DNA of 23,929 nt, taken from contig JAXDQU010000064.1 of NCBI GenBank assembly GCA_034667685.1, positions 1-23,929 on the forward strand. The letters are read 5' to 3'. Below the pieces are notes generated by a model. It made no database searches. It was not told the origin of the DNA and saw only the letters and a program-made list of their open reading frames with translations. Both the position numbers and the translations under genes were made by a program. The stretch is from Thermoplasmata archaeon (GTDB lineage Archaea; Thermoplasmatota; SW-10-69-26; JACQPN01; JAJPHT01). This document shows, piece by piece, positions 15,638-22,538 of the stretch (position 1 is its first letter; the number at the start of each line of letters is the position of its first letter).

Positions 15638-16387
15638 TCACCGGCCGCGGAAGAGGCGCAGCGCGAGCATGTGGTCGAGCCCCGCGCGCCGGATGCCCTG
15701 CGCCGCGCTCTCGACGTCGTAGGGCACGCGCATGAGGCGGACCGTGCGCGTCTCGAAGTCCAGGACGGCGTAGGCTGCGCGCGTGTCGCCGTCGCGCGGC
15801 TGGCCCACCGAGCCCGGGTTCACGACGAGGGGCGCGTCGGCCGCGCCGGTGGTGGACTCCGCGAAGCCGTGCGCCGTCCATCCCGCGCGGGGCGAGCCGG
15901 ACTTGGGAAGCGCGACGTAGGGCAGGTGCGTGTGGCCCAGCAGGATCACGTCCGCGACGCCGGTCCAGCGGCGCTGCCCTTCAGCCGCGTCGTCGGGGCG
16001 AACGTACTCGTGGATCGGATCGTCCGGGCTTCCGTGCGCGAGCAGGACCTTGAGGCCGCCCACCTGGCGCGTGAGCGTGCTGGGCAGCGCAAAGAGGCGC
16101 GCGCGCTCGGGCGGCGTGAGGATCTGCGCGTGCATGCGCGCGGCCGCAGCGGCGATCGGGTTGAAGTCGTCCATCTCGCCCGTGGCGACGGCGTGGTCGT
16201 GGTTTCCCTTCACGATCGTGCGCGTCCGCGCCTCGATGAGGTCAAGGGCGCGCTGGGGCGATCCGCCGTATCCCACGATGTCGCCCAGGCACCAGATCTC
16301 GCTGACGCCCTGCTCCGCGACGTCCTTGAGGACCGCTTGCAACGCCTCCTCGTTGGCGTGGAGGTCCGACATGATCGCGACACGCAT
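15638..16387 (-). CDS. Calcineurin-like metallophosphoesterase (YfcE/MJ0912-like), 249 aa
   Basis: Motifs SDLHAN, GDIVGYG, GNHD, HGSP, GHTH and NPGSVGQPRDGD. Confidence 0.95.
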   Translation of the reverse strand: MRVAIMSDLHANEEALQAVLKDVAEQGVSEIWCLGDIVGYGGSPQRALDLIEARTRTIVKGNHDHAVATGEMDDFNPIAAAAARMHAQILTPPERARLFALPSTLTRQVGGLKVLLAHGSPDDPIHEYVRPDDAAEGQRRWTGVADVILLGHTHLPYVALPKSGSPRAGWTAHGFAESTTGAADAPLVVNPGSVGQPRDGDTRAAYAVLDFETRTVRLMRVPYDVESAAQGIRRAGLDHMLALRLFRGR

Positions 16388-16567
16388 GGGGATGGAGTCC
16401 AAAGCGCGGACGCTGCGAAGACGCCCAGGCTCGTTTCCGCCAGCAGCGTGACCCATGAAAAAGATGGGGGCATGACCATGCGAAGAAGACTCACGGAACG
16501 TGGTCGGGGCACGGTCGGGATGGGGTGCGGCGCAACCAGCTTGCTGCCTGCCCGAGGAACGATCCAT

Positions 16568-16796
16568 CTCCAGACCCCCCACCCCATGTCTTCGGCTGGA
16601 GGGGCTGGAAGGAGGGGAGAGGGTCTCGACTCCCTCCTTGCCTCTGATAAGAAAATCCCTGTTGGTTATCAAACTCATCCTATATGATGCTTCTGAAGCA
16701 TCGCGATGGCGAAGCGGCGACCGATCGACGGATGAGACGGAAATCCACGATCCGTTCCAGGTCTCCACGCGAAGGAACGGGGTTGGGGTCGTGGAG
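16568..16796. other. Candidate replication origin: inverted ORB/G-string arms flanking an AT-rich unwinding element
   Basis: Arms 16568-16613 and 16751-16796 form an imperfect inverted repeat, each containing TCCAnnnGAAGnnAnGGGGT plus an extra G-run. The core 16645-16701 has 20 G+C in 57 nt. Confidence 0.7.
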
Positions 16797-16805
16797 GAAA
16801 ATGGC

Positions 16806-18221
16806 TCATGGCTCGCGGGCGTTCGCCGGACCTGTCCGCTGGACCTCGCGGAGCGCGCCACCGCCCACCTCACGGATCTTCTCGACGAGCGTCGCGCGCA
16901 GGCTGCGCTTGACCTCGAAGCGCAGGCGCAGCTCGCCTCCGCGCGTCAGGTCGAGGACGTCCGCGTGGTCGTGGATCCAGGCGATCAGCGATTCCGACGA
17001 GGAGGTGGCTGGGAGCGCGACCTCGTACTCGTCGTAGTCCGGGATCAGCGCGTACAGCTTCTCGTAGATCGCATCCAGCCCCACGCGATCGCGGGCCGAG
17101 ACGCGCACCGTGAGCGCGGGATCCAGGAGCCCCAGCCCGCGCAGCGCATCCTCCTTCTGGGCGAGCGCGGCCGGATCGACCTTGTCGACCTTGTTGAGCG
17201 CGACGAGCACCGGCGCCAGCTCGAACTCGTAGAGGATGCGCAGCGAGGAGCGCAGCCGGCGCGTCATCTCGTCGACCGGATCGGAGGCGTCGAGCACCAG
17301 GAGGATCACGTCGGCCATCGCGATCTCCTCCAGCGTGGAGTGGAACGCCTCGACCATCCACGGGGGAAGGTCCTCGATGAAGCCGACCGTGTCGGTGACG
17401 AGGATCTCGCGCTTCTCGCTCTGCGCCCTGCTCGTCTTCGTCGAGAGCGTCGAGAAGTAACGGTTCTCCACGAGCGTCTCGCGGTCGCTCAGGGCGCGCA
17501 GCAGGCTCGACTTGCCCGCGTTGGTGTAACCTGCGAGCGACACCAGATGGAAGCCGCCGCGGCGACGGTGCTTGCGGCGCAGGTCGCGCTCGCGGCGCAT
17601 GCGCTCCAGCTCGCGGCGGATCTTCACCATGCGGCGCTTCATCGTATCGTGGTATTCGTTGACGCCGTACTGGCCGCCGCCGAACATCGCCGCTTGGCGC
17701 TCGCCGCGCTTCTCGAGGTTGATCGCCTCCTTGACGAGCGGCATCTCGTACTGGAGCGTCGCGAGCTCGACCTGGAGCCGCGCCTCGGGCGATCGGGCGC
17801 GCTCGCGGAAGATCTCGAGGATGAGCCGGGTCCTGTCGTAGACCTCGACGCGCTCCAGGTCCGGGTCGCGCGATCCGGCCGAACTCCGGTTCGGCCTCTC
17901 GCGACCGCGTTCGCGCGTCCGCGATCGCACCTCGTCGGTGAAGGCCTGCTGGAGGTTGAAGATCTGCGAGGGCTTCAGCGCCGCGTTCACGACCACGAGG
18001 TCCGCGCCCAGTCCCACGAACGCCTGCGCCGCCTCCTCGATCTTGCCGCTGCCCAGGAAGAGCGAGGGGTCGGGCTGCGGGCGCCGCTGGATCACGGTGC
18101 CCGCGAGGTCCACGCCGAGCGCGAAGACGAGCTCCTCCATCTCCGCGGTATCGGGGCGGCTCGTGAGCAGCAGCGCTTTCCTGCGGCCGGGCAACGCGCC
18201 CCATCGGTCCTGTTCGGACAT
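16806..18221 (-). CDS. hflX: GTPase HflX
   Basis: FLGSGK.EE, DR..LILEIF..RA.S.EA.LQVELA, G1 GYTNAGKSS, FSTL, DTVGFI...AFHSTLEE and NKVD. Confidence 0.97.
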   Translation of the reverse strand: MSEQDRWGALPGRRKALLLTSRPDTAEMEELVFALGVDLAGTVIQRRPQPDPSLFLGSGKIEEAAQAFVGLGADLVVVNAALKPSQIFNLQQAFTDEVRSRTRERGRERPNRSSAGSRDPDLERVEVYDRTRLILEIFRERARSPEARLQVELATLQYEMPLVKEAINLEKRGERQAAMFGGGQYGVNEYHDTMKRRMVKIRRELERMRRERDLRRKHRRRGGFHLVSLAGYTNAGKSSLLRALSDRETLVENRYFSTLSTKTSRAQSEKREILVTDTVGFIEDLPPWMVEAFHSTLEEIAMADVILLVLDASDPVDEMTRRLRSSLRILYEFELAPVLVALNKVDKVDPAALAQKEDALRGLGLLDPALTVRVSARDRVGLDAIYEKLYALIPDYDEYEVALPATSSSESLIAWIHDHADVLDLTRGGELRLRFEVKRSLRATLVEKIREVGGGALREVQRTGPANAREP

Positions 18222-18231
18222 AGGGCTTGCG

Positions 18232-19896
18232 TCACCCGGGCGTCAGGTCGAACTTCAGCGAGGGGCGCAGGTCCGGATGCAGCGGCAGCGCCATGCCCTG
18301 CATGCGCAGGTCGCCCGCCTGCGCGCGCCGGAGGTTGCGCCCCGCGACGTCGCGCCACAGGGCGAGCCAGCCTCCAGGCGGCGGGTCGCGCAGCGCCTCG
18401 TCGGGCAGCCCCAGGTGTTCGCGCCAGAGCGCCATCCGCGCCTGCGCCGCCGCGCCCGTCCGCGGGAAGCCCTCGATGCCGTCGAGGAGCGAGACGTTGA
18501 GCTCGATGCTCACCGCGTCGGGCAGGGCGAACTCGCGCGCGCCGTCGAGCCCGATGCCGTCGAGGTTGGCGCTCCCGACGATCGCGAAGTCGTCGTCCGC
18601 GACGATCGCCTTGCTGTGGACGTACACGGGCGCCAGCGCGCGGCGGCCCTGGTGCACGCCGGGCGTCCAGAGCGAGAAGAGGCCGAGGTTCGGGTGCTCG
18701 CCCAGCGCGCGCAGGCGCCGCTTCTGCCACGTGGGGTAGAAGGGCACGTCGGGGCGCTCGTTGAGCACCACGAGGAAATCGACCTCGGGCGCGGCCTCCA
18801 CCGCGGCGTGCAGCGCATCGACGAACGTGGCGTTGGTGAAGTACTGGTTCTCGACGTAGACGAACCTCCGCGCCATCGCGAGGGCCCGCAGCATGGCCTC
18901 CAGGATCCCCTCCTCGGGCTCGCCCGCCGTGAGCTGGCGGGGCAGCGTGCGCGTCACCTGCATGCCGGTCTCGCCCGCGGGAGGCGGCGGCGCCGGCGGC
19001 GCGACGCGCTGGTCCACGGTCCCCTTCGCCGCGGCCTGGAGGTTCCACAGCTCGGCGAAGAGCGCGCCCACGTCGCGCACCGCGGGCCCGCGCACCTCCA
19101 CCGTCAGGTCGTGGTTCGGCATCGTCTGGCCGCGGCGCGGGTCGGGCACCACGTGCGCGCGCGTGTCCCAGAAGCGCCGTTGAAAAGGCTGGCCCACGAC
19201 GAAGGCGACCTCGTCGTCCACCACGACGGTCTTCGCGTGCAGGACGCCCGGCGTCAGGAGGAAGCCGGAGGCCTGCACGTTGGGCGCGTCGGCGAACGCG
19301 CGGTCGATCGAGGCGACGTCGTCGGGCGCCAGCCAGTTGTCGTTCACGAGGATGCGCACCTGCACACCGCGCCCCGCGATGGCCTTGAGGCGCTGCATCA
19401 GCGGCACGCCCTCGTCGGGCGCGAGCGCGAAGTCGGGCTTGAGGAAAAGCTGGAGGATCGTCACCTTCTCGCGCGCGCCCTCCAGCGCTTCCAGCAGCCG
19501 GTCCATGCCCTCGTGGTCGGCCAGCACGCGCGCCGCGTTGCCGCCGCTCACGCGCCCGCCCCGCGCGAGCCAGCCCGTAGCGTCCGCGCGCGGGATCGCG
19601 ATCGTCCCCGCGTCGAGGGAGCGGTCCGCGCCCGCGAGCGGCCCCGTGCGGTGGAGCGCGCGCACGCCCCGCGCGTCGCGCACCACGAGGCCCACCTCGG
19701 GCATCGTGGTCAGCTCCTGCGCGAGCGTCCGCACGATCTCCAGCTCGAAGGCGCCGTCCTCGCCGCTGCGCCCACGCGCCATCGTGGCGTCCGGGCCCAC
19801 GACGCGGGGCTGCGTGGCCTCGACGACGAGCCCGGCGAGCGGCGCGCCCGTCTCGTCGACGAGCCGCCCCCGGATGTGCTCGCTGCGCGGCGCCAC
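18232..19896 (-). CDS. Phospholipase D family protein (two HKD motifs) with an N-terminal transthyretin-like beta domain
   Basis: LHAKTVVVDD, HD...EVRGP, YVENQYF and VYVHSKAIVADD...VGSANLD. Start is GTG 19896 or TTG 19923. Confidence 0.92.
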   Translation of the reverse strand: MAPRSEHIRGRLVDETGAPLAGLVVEATQPRVVGPDATMARGRSGEDGAFELEIVRTLAQELTTMPEVGLVVRDARGVRALHRTGPLAGADRSLDAGTIAIPRADATGWLARGGRVSGGNAARVLADHEGMDRLLEALEGAREKVTILQLFLKPDFALAPDEGVPLMQRLKAIAGRGVQVRILVNDNWLAPDDVASIDRAFADAPNVQASGFLLTPGVLHAKTVVVDDEVAFVVGQPFQRRFWDTRAHVVPDPRRGQTMPNHDLTVEVRGPAVRDVGALFAELWNLQAAAKGTVDQRVAPPAPPPPAGETGMQVTRTLPRQLTAGEPEEGILEAMLRALAMARRFVYVENQYFTNATFVDALHAAVEAAPEVDFLVVLNERPDVPFYPTWQKRRLRALGEHPNLGLFSLWTPGVHQGRRALAPVYVHSKAIVADDDFAIVGSANLDGIGLDGAREFALPDAVSIELNVSLLDGIEGFPRTGAAAQARMALWREHLGLPDEALRDPPPGGWLALWRDVAGRNLRRAQAGDLRMQGMALPLHPDLRPSLKFDLTPG

Positions 19897-19967
19897 GCCG
19901 GATGGCGGGCGGCGGGGAGCCAAGGCTCTTCCGATACGATGGGAAGAACGCTCAGCAGAAGGGAATG

Positions 19968-20069
19968 AAAAAGAGGCCCCGCGGCATCATCCGGAAGTTC
20001 GCTCCGGCCTTGCGCTCCGGCAACCGGGCTGCGCCGCATGGGGTCTTTGCGCGCGGCCTTGATGCCGCG
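19968..20069 (-). terminator. Multi-branched structure closed by a 10-bp stem and followed by a T5 tract, downstream of the PRC-barrel gene
   Basis: CGCGGCATCA (19980-19989) pairs perfectly with TGATGCCGCG (20060-20069), with internal hairpins. TTTTT lies on minus at 19968-19972. Confidence 0.5.
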
Positions 20070-20087
20070 TCGCGGAGGACGTCCGGC

Positions 20088-20339
20088 TCAGAAGCCGGGC
20101 TGGTAGGTCGAGACGACGATGACGTCGCGGATCGACTTCACGTTCTCGAAGGGGAAGACGACGTAGCCGCGGTTGTCGCGCTTGAAGAGACGCGGGTCGA
20201 CGTCGTCCGCGGGCTCGACGAGGACCTCGGCGAGCTCGCCGGTGCGTTCGTTGACGGACACGTTGCGAAGGCGGCCGAGCATCGTGCCGTCGTCGGACAT
20301 GACGGTCTTGCCGCGGATGTCGGTGGCGAGGAGCTTCAT
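20088..20339 (-). CDS. cdpB2: PRC-barrel protein, most like the archaeal cell-division protein CdpB2 (83 aa)
   Basis: LA.DI.GK.VM.DDG..LG.L.N...N..TG.L..VLVEP...F..D..G...P...V.SI.D.IVV matches the CdpB2 pattern as I recall it. The paralog assignment is less certain than the fold. Confidence 0.8.
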   Translation of the reverse strand: MKLLATDIRGKTVMSDDGTMLGRLRNVSVNERTGELAEVLVEPADDVDPRLFKRDNRGYVVFPFENVKSIRDVIVVSTYQPGF

Positions 20340-20408
20340 GAGTGCACCCATCCCTTGGTGGTGGCGCATCATCCGTGGCGGCCTTACTTAGAGCTACGCA
20401 TTTTGAAA

Positions 20409-20582
20409 TCAGATCGGCTCGCGATCCTCGCGTTGGCGCCGCACGCGCACCGCGCCGCCCCTCTCTGCCAGCTCGGCGCCCTGGTCCCCCTGGAGGTTGA
20501 CGCCGCCCTCGCGCAGGTTCCACTTCAGGTATTCGTGCTCGTCGTCCTCTTCGCGGGTCTGGGGCATCTTCCGGCCGGGCAT
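20409..20582 (-). CDS. 57-aa hypothetical charged protein (MPGRKMPQTREEDDEHEYLKWNLREGG...)
   Basis: GC3-rich codons throughout; fills the gap upstream of the PRC-barrel gene. No family was recognised. Confidence 0.5.
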   Translation of the reverse strand: MPGRKMPQTREEDDEHEYLKWNLREGGVNLQGDQGAELAERGGAVRVRRQREDREPI

Positions 20583-20791
20583 GGGCAGGGGCCGGAGCCC
20601 ACCGTGCATCCGCGTTTTCGCCCTCGCTTCGCTCGATGAGAAGGAGGGCCCGTGCAGAAGGTGCACGGGCCGGCGGCGTCCGCGCCAGGCGGGTCCTGAT
20701 CCTCGAGCCTCCCAGACCGAGGGGGATCCGCGTGCTGCGGGTTGCCACGCCGCAAGGTACCGCGGGGATAGATAGCCGTTTTCGTGAGCGC

Positions 20792-21310
20792 CTATGCGCC
20801 GCTTCCGCTCCCCGACCGCAGCGCGCGCTCCTCCCGGCGGATGCGGCGGGCCAGGGCGACGCCCAGGAGCGGGACCATCGCCAGCGCGGTGAGCCACGCG
20901 CCGAAGGCGAGCGGGAGGGCCAGCGCCTCGACCATCACGGCGGCGTAGTTCGGGTGCGGCACCCAGCGGTAGGGGCCGGCCACGACGCGCGGCGCGCCGG
21001 GGACCGTGACCACCCGGATGCTCCAGCGCCAGCCCAGCGTCCCGATGGCCCAGTAGCGGAAGGCCTGGCAGAGGAGCGCGACGGCCAGCAGCGGCCAGGT
21101 CCACCAGCCGGTCCCAGCCCACGGCGCGAAGCCGCCTTCGAGGACGAGCCCGGCGACCAGCGCGACCTGGCTGGCGAGGATCAGGCCGAACCCGTCGGCG
21201 CGGAGCCAGACGGCCCCGCTCGCCGCGAGCCGCCTCGCATTGCGCCGGTTGAGGGCCAGCTCCGCCGCGCGCTCGGCGAGGAGCAGCAGGACGACGACGG
21301 CCAGGAGCAT
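20792..21310 (-). CDS. Isoprenylcysteine carboxyl methyltransferase family protein (SrsB/BpsB-like alkylresorcinol/alkylpyrone O-methyltransferase)
   Basis: ERAAEL...RRN...L...GA, Q.FRYW.I.TLG.RW..R...PG....GPYRW..HPNY and RI..EE.AL. The ATG is 1 nt after the PKS stop. Confidence 0.93.
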   Translation of the reverse strand: MLLAVVVLLLLAERAAELALNRRNARRLAASGAVWLRADGFGLILASQVALVAGLVLEGGFAPWAGTGWWTWPLLAVALLCQAFRYWAIGTLGWRWSIRVVTVPGAPRVVAGPYRWVPHPNYAAVMVEALALPLAFGAWLTALAMVPLLGVALARRIRREERALRSGSGSGA

Positions 21311-21311
21311 G

Positions 21312-22361
21312 TCAGCCTTCCAGGAGGCCAAGCTCCGCGGTGAAGCCGGGGCCCAGGGCGCCCAGCATCGCCGTCTCGCCGCGCGCCAATGGCCGCTCGC
21401 GGAGCATCCGCTCCAGGACGAAGAGCGCCGTCGGGCTCGACATGTTGCCGAAGTCGCGCAGCACGGCGCGGGAGACGCGCGTGTCGTCGGCCGACAGGCC
21501 CAGCGCGCGCTCGTAGGCCTCCAGGACCTTCGTGCCGCCCGGGTGCAGCGCCCAGCGGCCGGGCCGCTCGATGCCCTGCGCCTTTTGATAGCGCGCGACG
21601 ACGGGCGCCAGCTGCGTCTCCACGATCTCCGGGATGCGGCGCGAGAAGACGACGCGGAGGCCGTCATCCAGCACGTCCCAGCCCATGACGTTCTCGGAGT
21701 CGCGCCACTGGTGGCTCATGCCTTCGCGCACGCGACCCAGGCTCGGGCCCGCGAGCGCGTCGCCGCGCACGATCGCCGCCGCGCAGCCGTCGGCGAAGAG
21801 CGTCGTCGCCACGAACGCGCGCACCGACATGTCGGTGAGGTTGAACGCGAGGCTGCACGTCTCCAGCGAGAGCAGCAGGAAGCGCTTCGAGGGGTGCGCG
21901 CGCGCCAGGTCGCCCGCCAGGTTCCAGCCCGCGACGCCGCCCGCGCAGCCCAGGCCGAAGACCGGCACGCGCTGCACGGGCGCGTCGAGCCCGATCCGGT
22001 TCGCCAGGCGCGCGTCGAGCGAGGGTGTCGCCACGCCGGTGGTGCAGACGAGCACGACGCCGTCCACGTCCGCGGGACCCAGCCCCGCGCGGGCCAGCGC
22101 GTCGCGCGTCGCGGCCTCCATCAGCGCGGCACCTTCGCTGGCGAACACCGCGCTGCGGTCCGCCCAGCCGTGCGTCTCCAGGTACCAGTCCATCGGCCGC
22201 ACGAAGTGACGGTTCGCGATCCCCGTGTGGTCGAAGACGTCGAGCTTCTCCACCAGCTCGGGCGCGAGCGCGCCGAGCACCTCCGCGGCCTTCGCCTTCA
22301 TCGTGGACTGCGCCACGGCGTGCGCGGGCACGGCGGTCGCCAGCGCTTCGAGGACGGGCAT
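21312..22361 (-). CDS. Type III polyketide synthase (chalcone-synthase-like; SrsA/BpsA-like), 349 aa
   Basis: TTGVATPSLDA, FGLGCAGG (Cys), ETCS, LFADG, HPGG (His), GNMSS (Asn) and GPGF. Confidence 0.95.
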   Translation of the reverse strand: MPVLEALATAVPAHAVAQSTMKAKAAEVLGALAPELVEKLDVFDHTGIANRHFVRPMDWYLETHGWADRSAVFASEGAALMEAATRDALARAGLGPADVDGVVLVCTTGVATPSLDARLANRIGLDAPVQRVPVFGLGCAGGVAGWNLAGDLARAHPSKRFLLLSLETCSLAFNLTDMSVRAFVATTLFADGCAAAIVRGDALAGPSLGRVREGMSHQWRDSENVMGWDVLDDGLRVVFSRRIPEIVETQLAPVVARYQKAQGIERPGRWALHPGGTKVLEAYERALGLSADDTRVSRAVLRDFGNMSSPTALFVLERMLRERPLARGETAMLGALGPGFTAELGLLEG

Positions 22362-22407
22362 CGCGCTCCGATCAGGCGAGCGCGGGTTTGAGGATTCGCT
22401 CACCCGA

Positions 22408-22484
22408 GGGGGTTTCAGGGGACGAAGCCCCTGATGGAGGATCAGAAGACGAGACGTCAGGGGGCTCCGCCCCCTGAAACCCCC
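22408..22484. repeat. Inverted pair of REP-like palindromes (GGGGGTTTCAGGGG-n-CCCCTGA)
   Basis: 22408-22434 reads GGGGGTTTCAGGGGACGAAGCCCCTGA. The reverse complement of 22457-22484 reads GGGGGTTTCAGGGGGCGGAGCCCCCTGA. The spacer is 22 nt. Confidence 0.8.
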
Positions 22485-22538
22485 GCGAGGTCGCCGCGCT
22501 GCGGCGCGGCGAGACGAAACCAAGAGGTCGAGCCGTTC

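Noticed and set aside
15638-16387. DNA polymerase D small subunit (DP1), often found near cdc6
   Set aside because: It is too short, lacks an OB domain, and the NPGSVGQPRDGD motif belongs to the YfcE/MJ0912-like group.
16388-16873. N-terminal extension of the metallophosphoesterase ORF
   Set aside because: The family motif starts at MRVAIMSDLH (16387). The extension crosses the AT-rich inverted-repeat region and overlaps the end of hflX.
16500-19968. ORFs 16500-18500 (+), 16870-18204 (-) and 17938-19968 (+)
   Set aside because: They are antisense or off-frame shadows of hflX and the PLD gene.
19980-20069. 5S rRNA or tRNA (GACCCCATGC on minus; cloverleaf-like arms)
   Set aside because: It is too short for 5S and lacks CCGAAC and the other conserved blocks. 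It has no TTCRA T-loop or D-loop GG in tRNA positions.
21312-22361. HMG-CoA synthase or FabH mistaken for a type III PKS
   Set aside because: GLGCAGG, LFADG, HPGG, GNMSS and GPG are chalcone-synthase-type motifs, and the ICMT partner fits the PKS reading.
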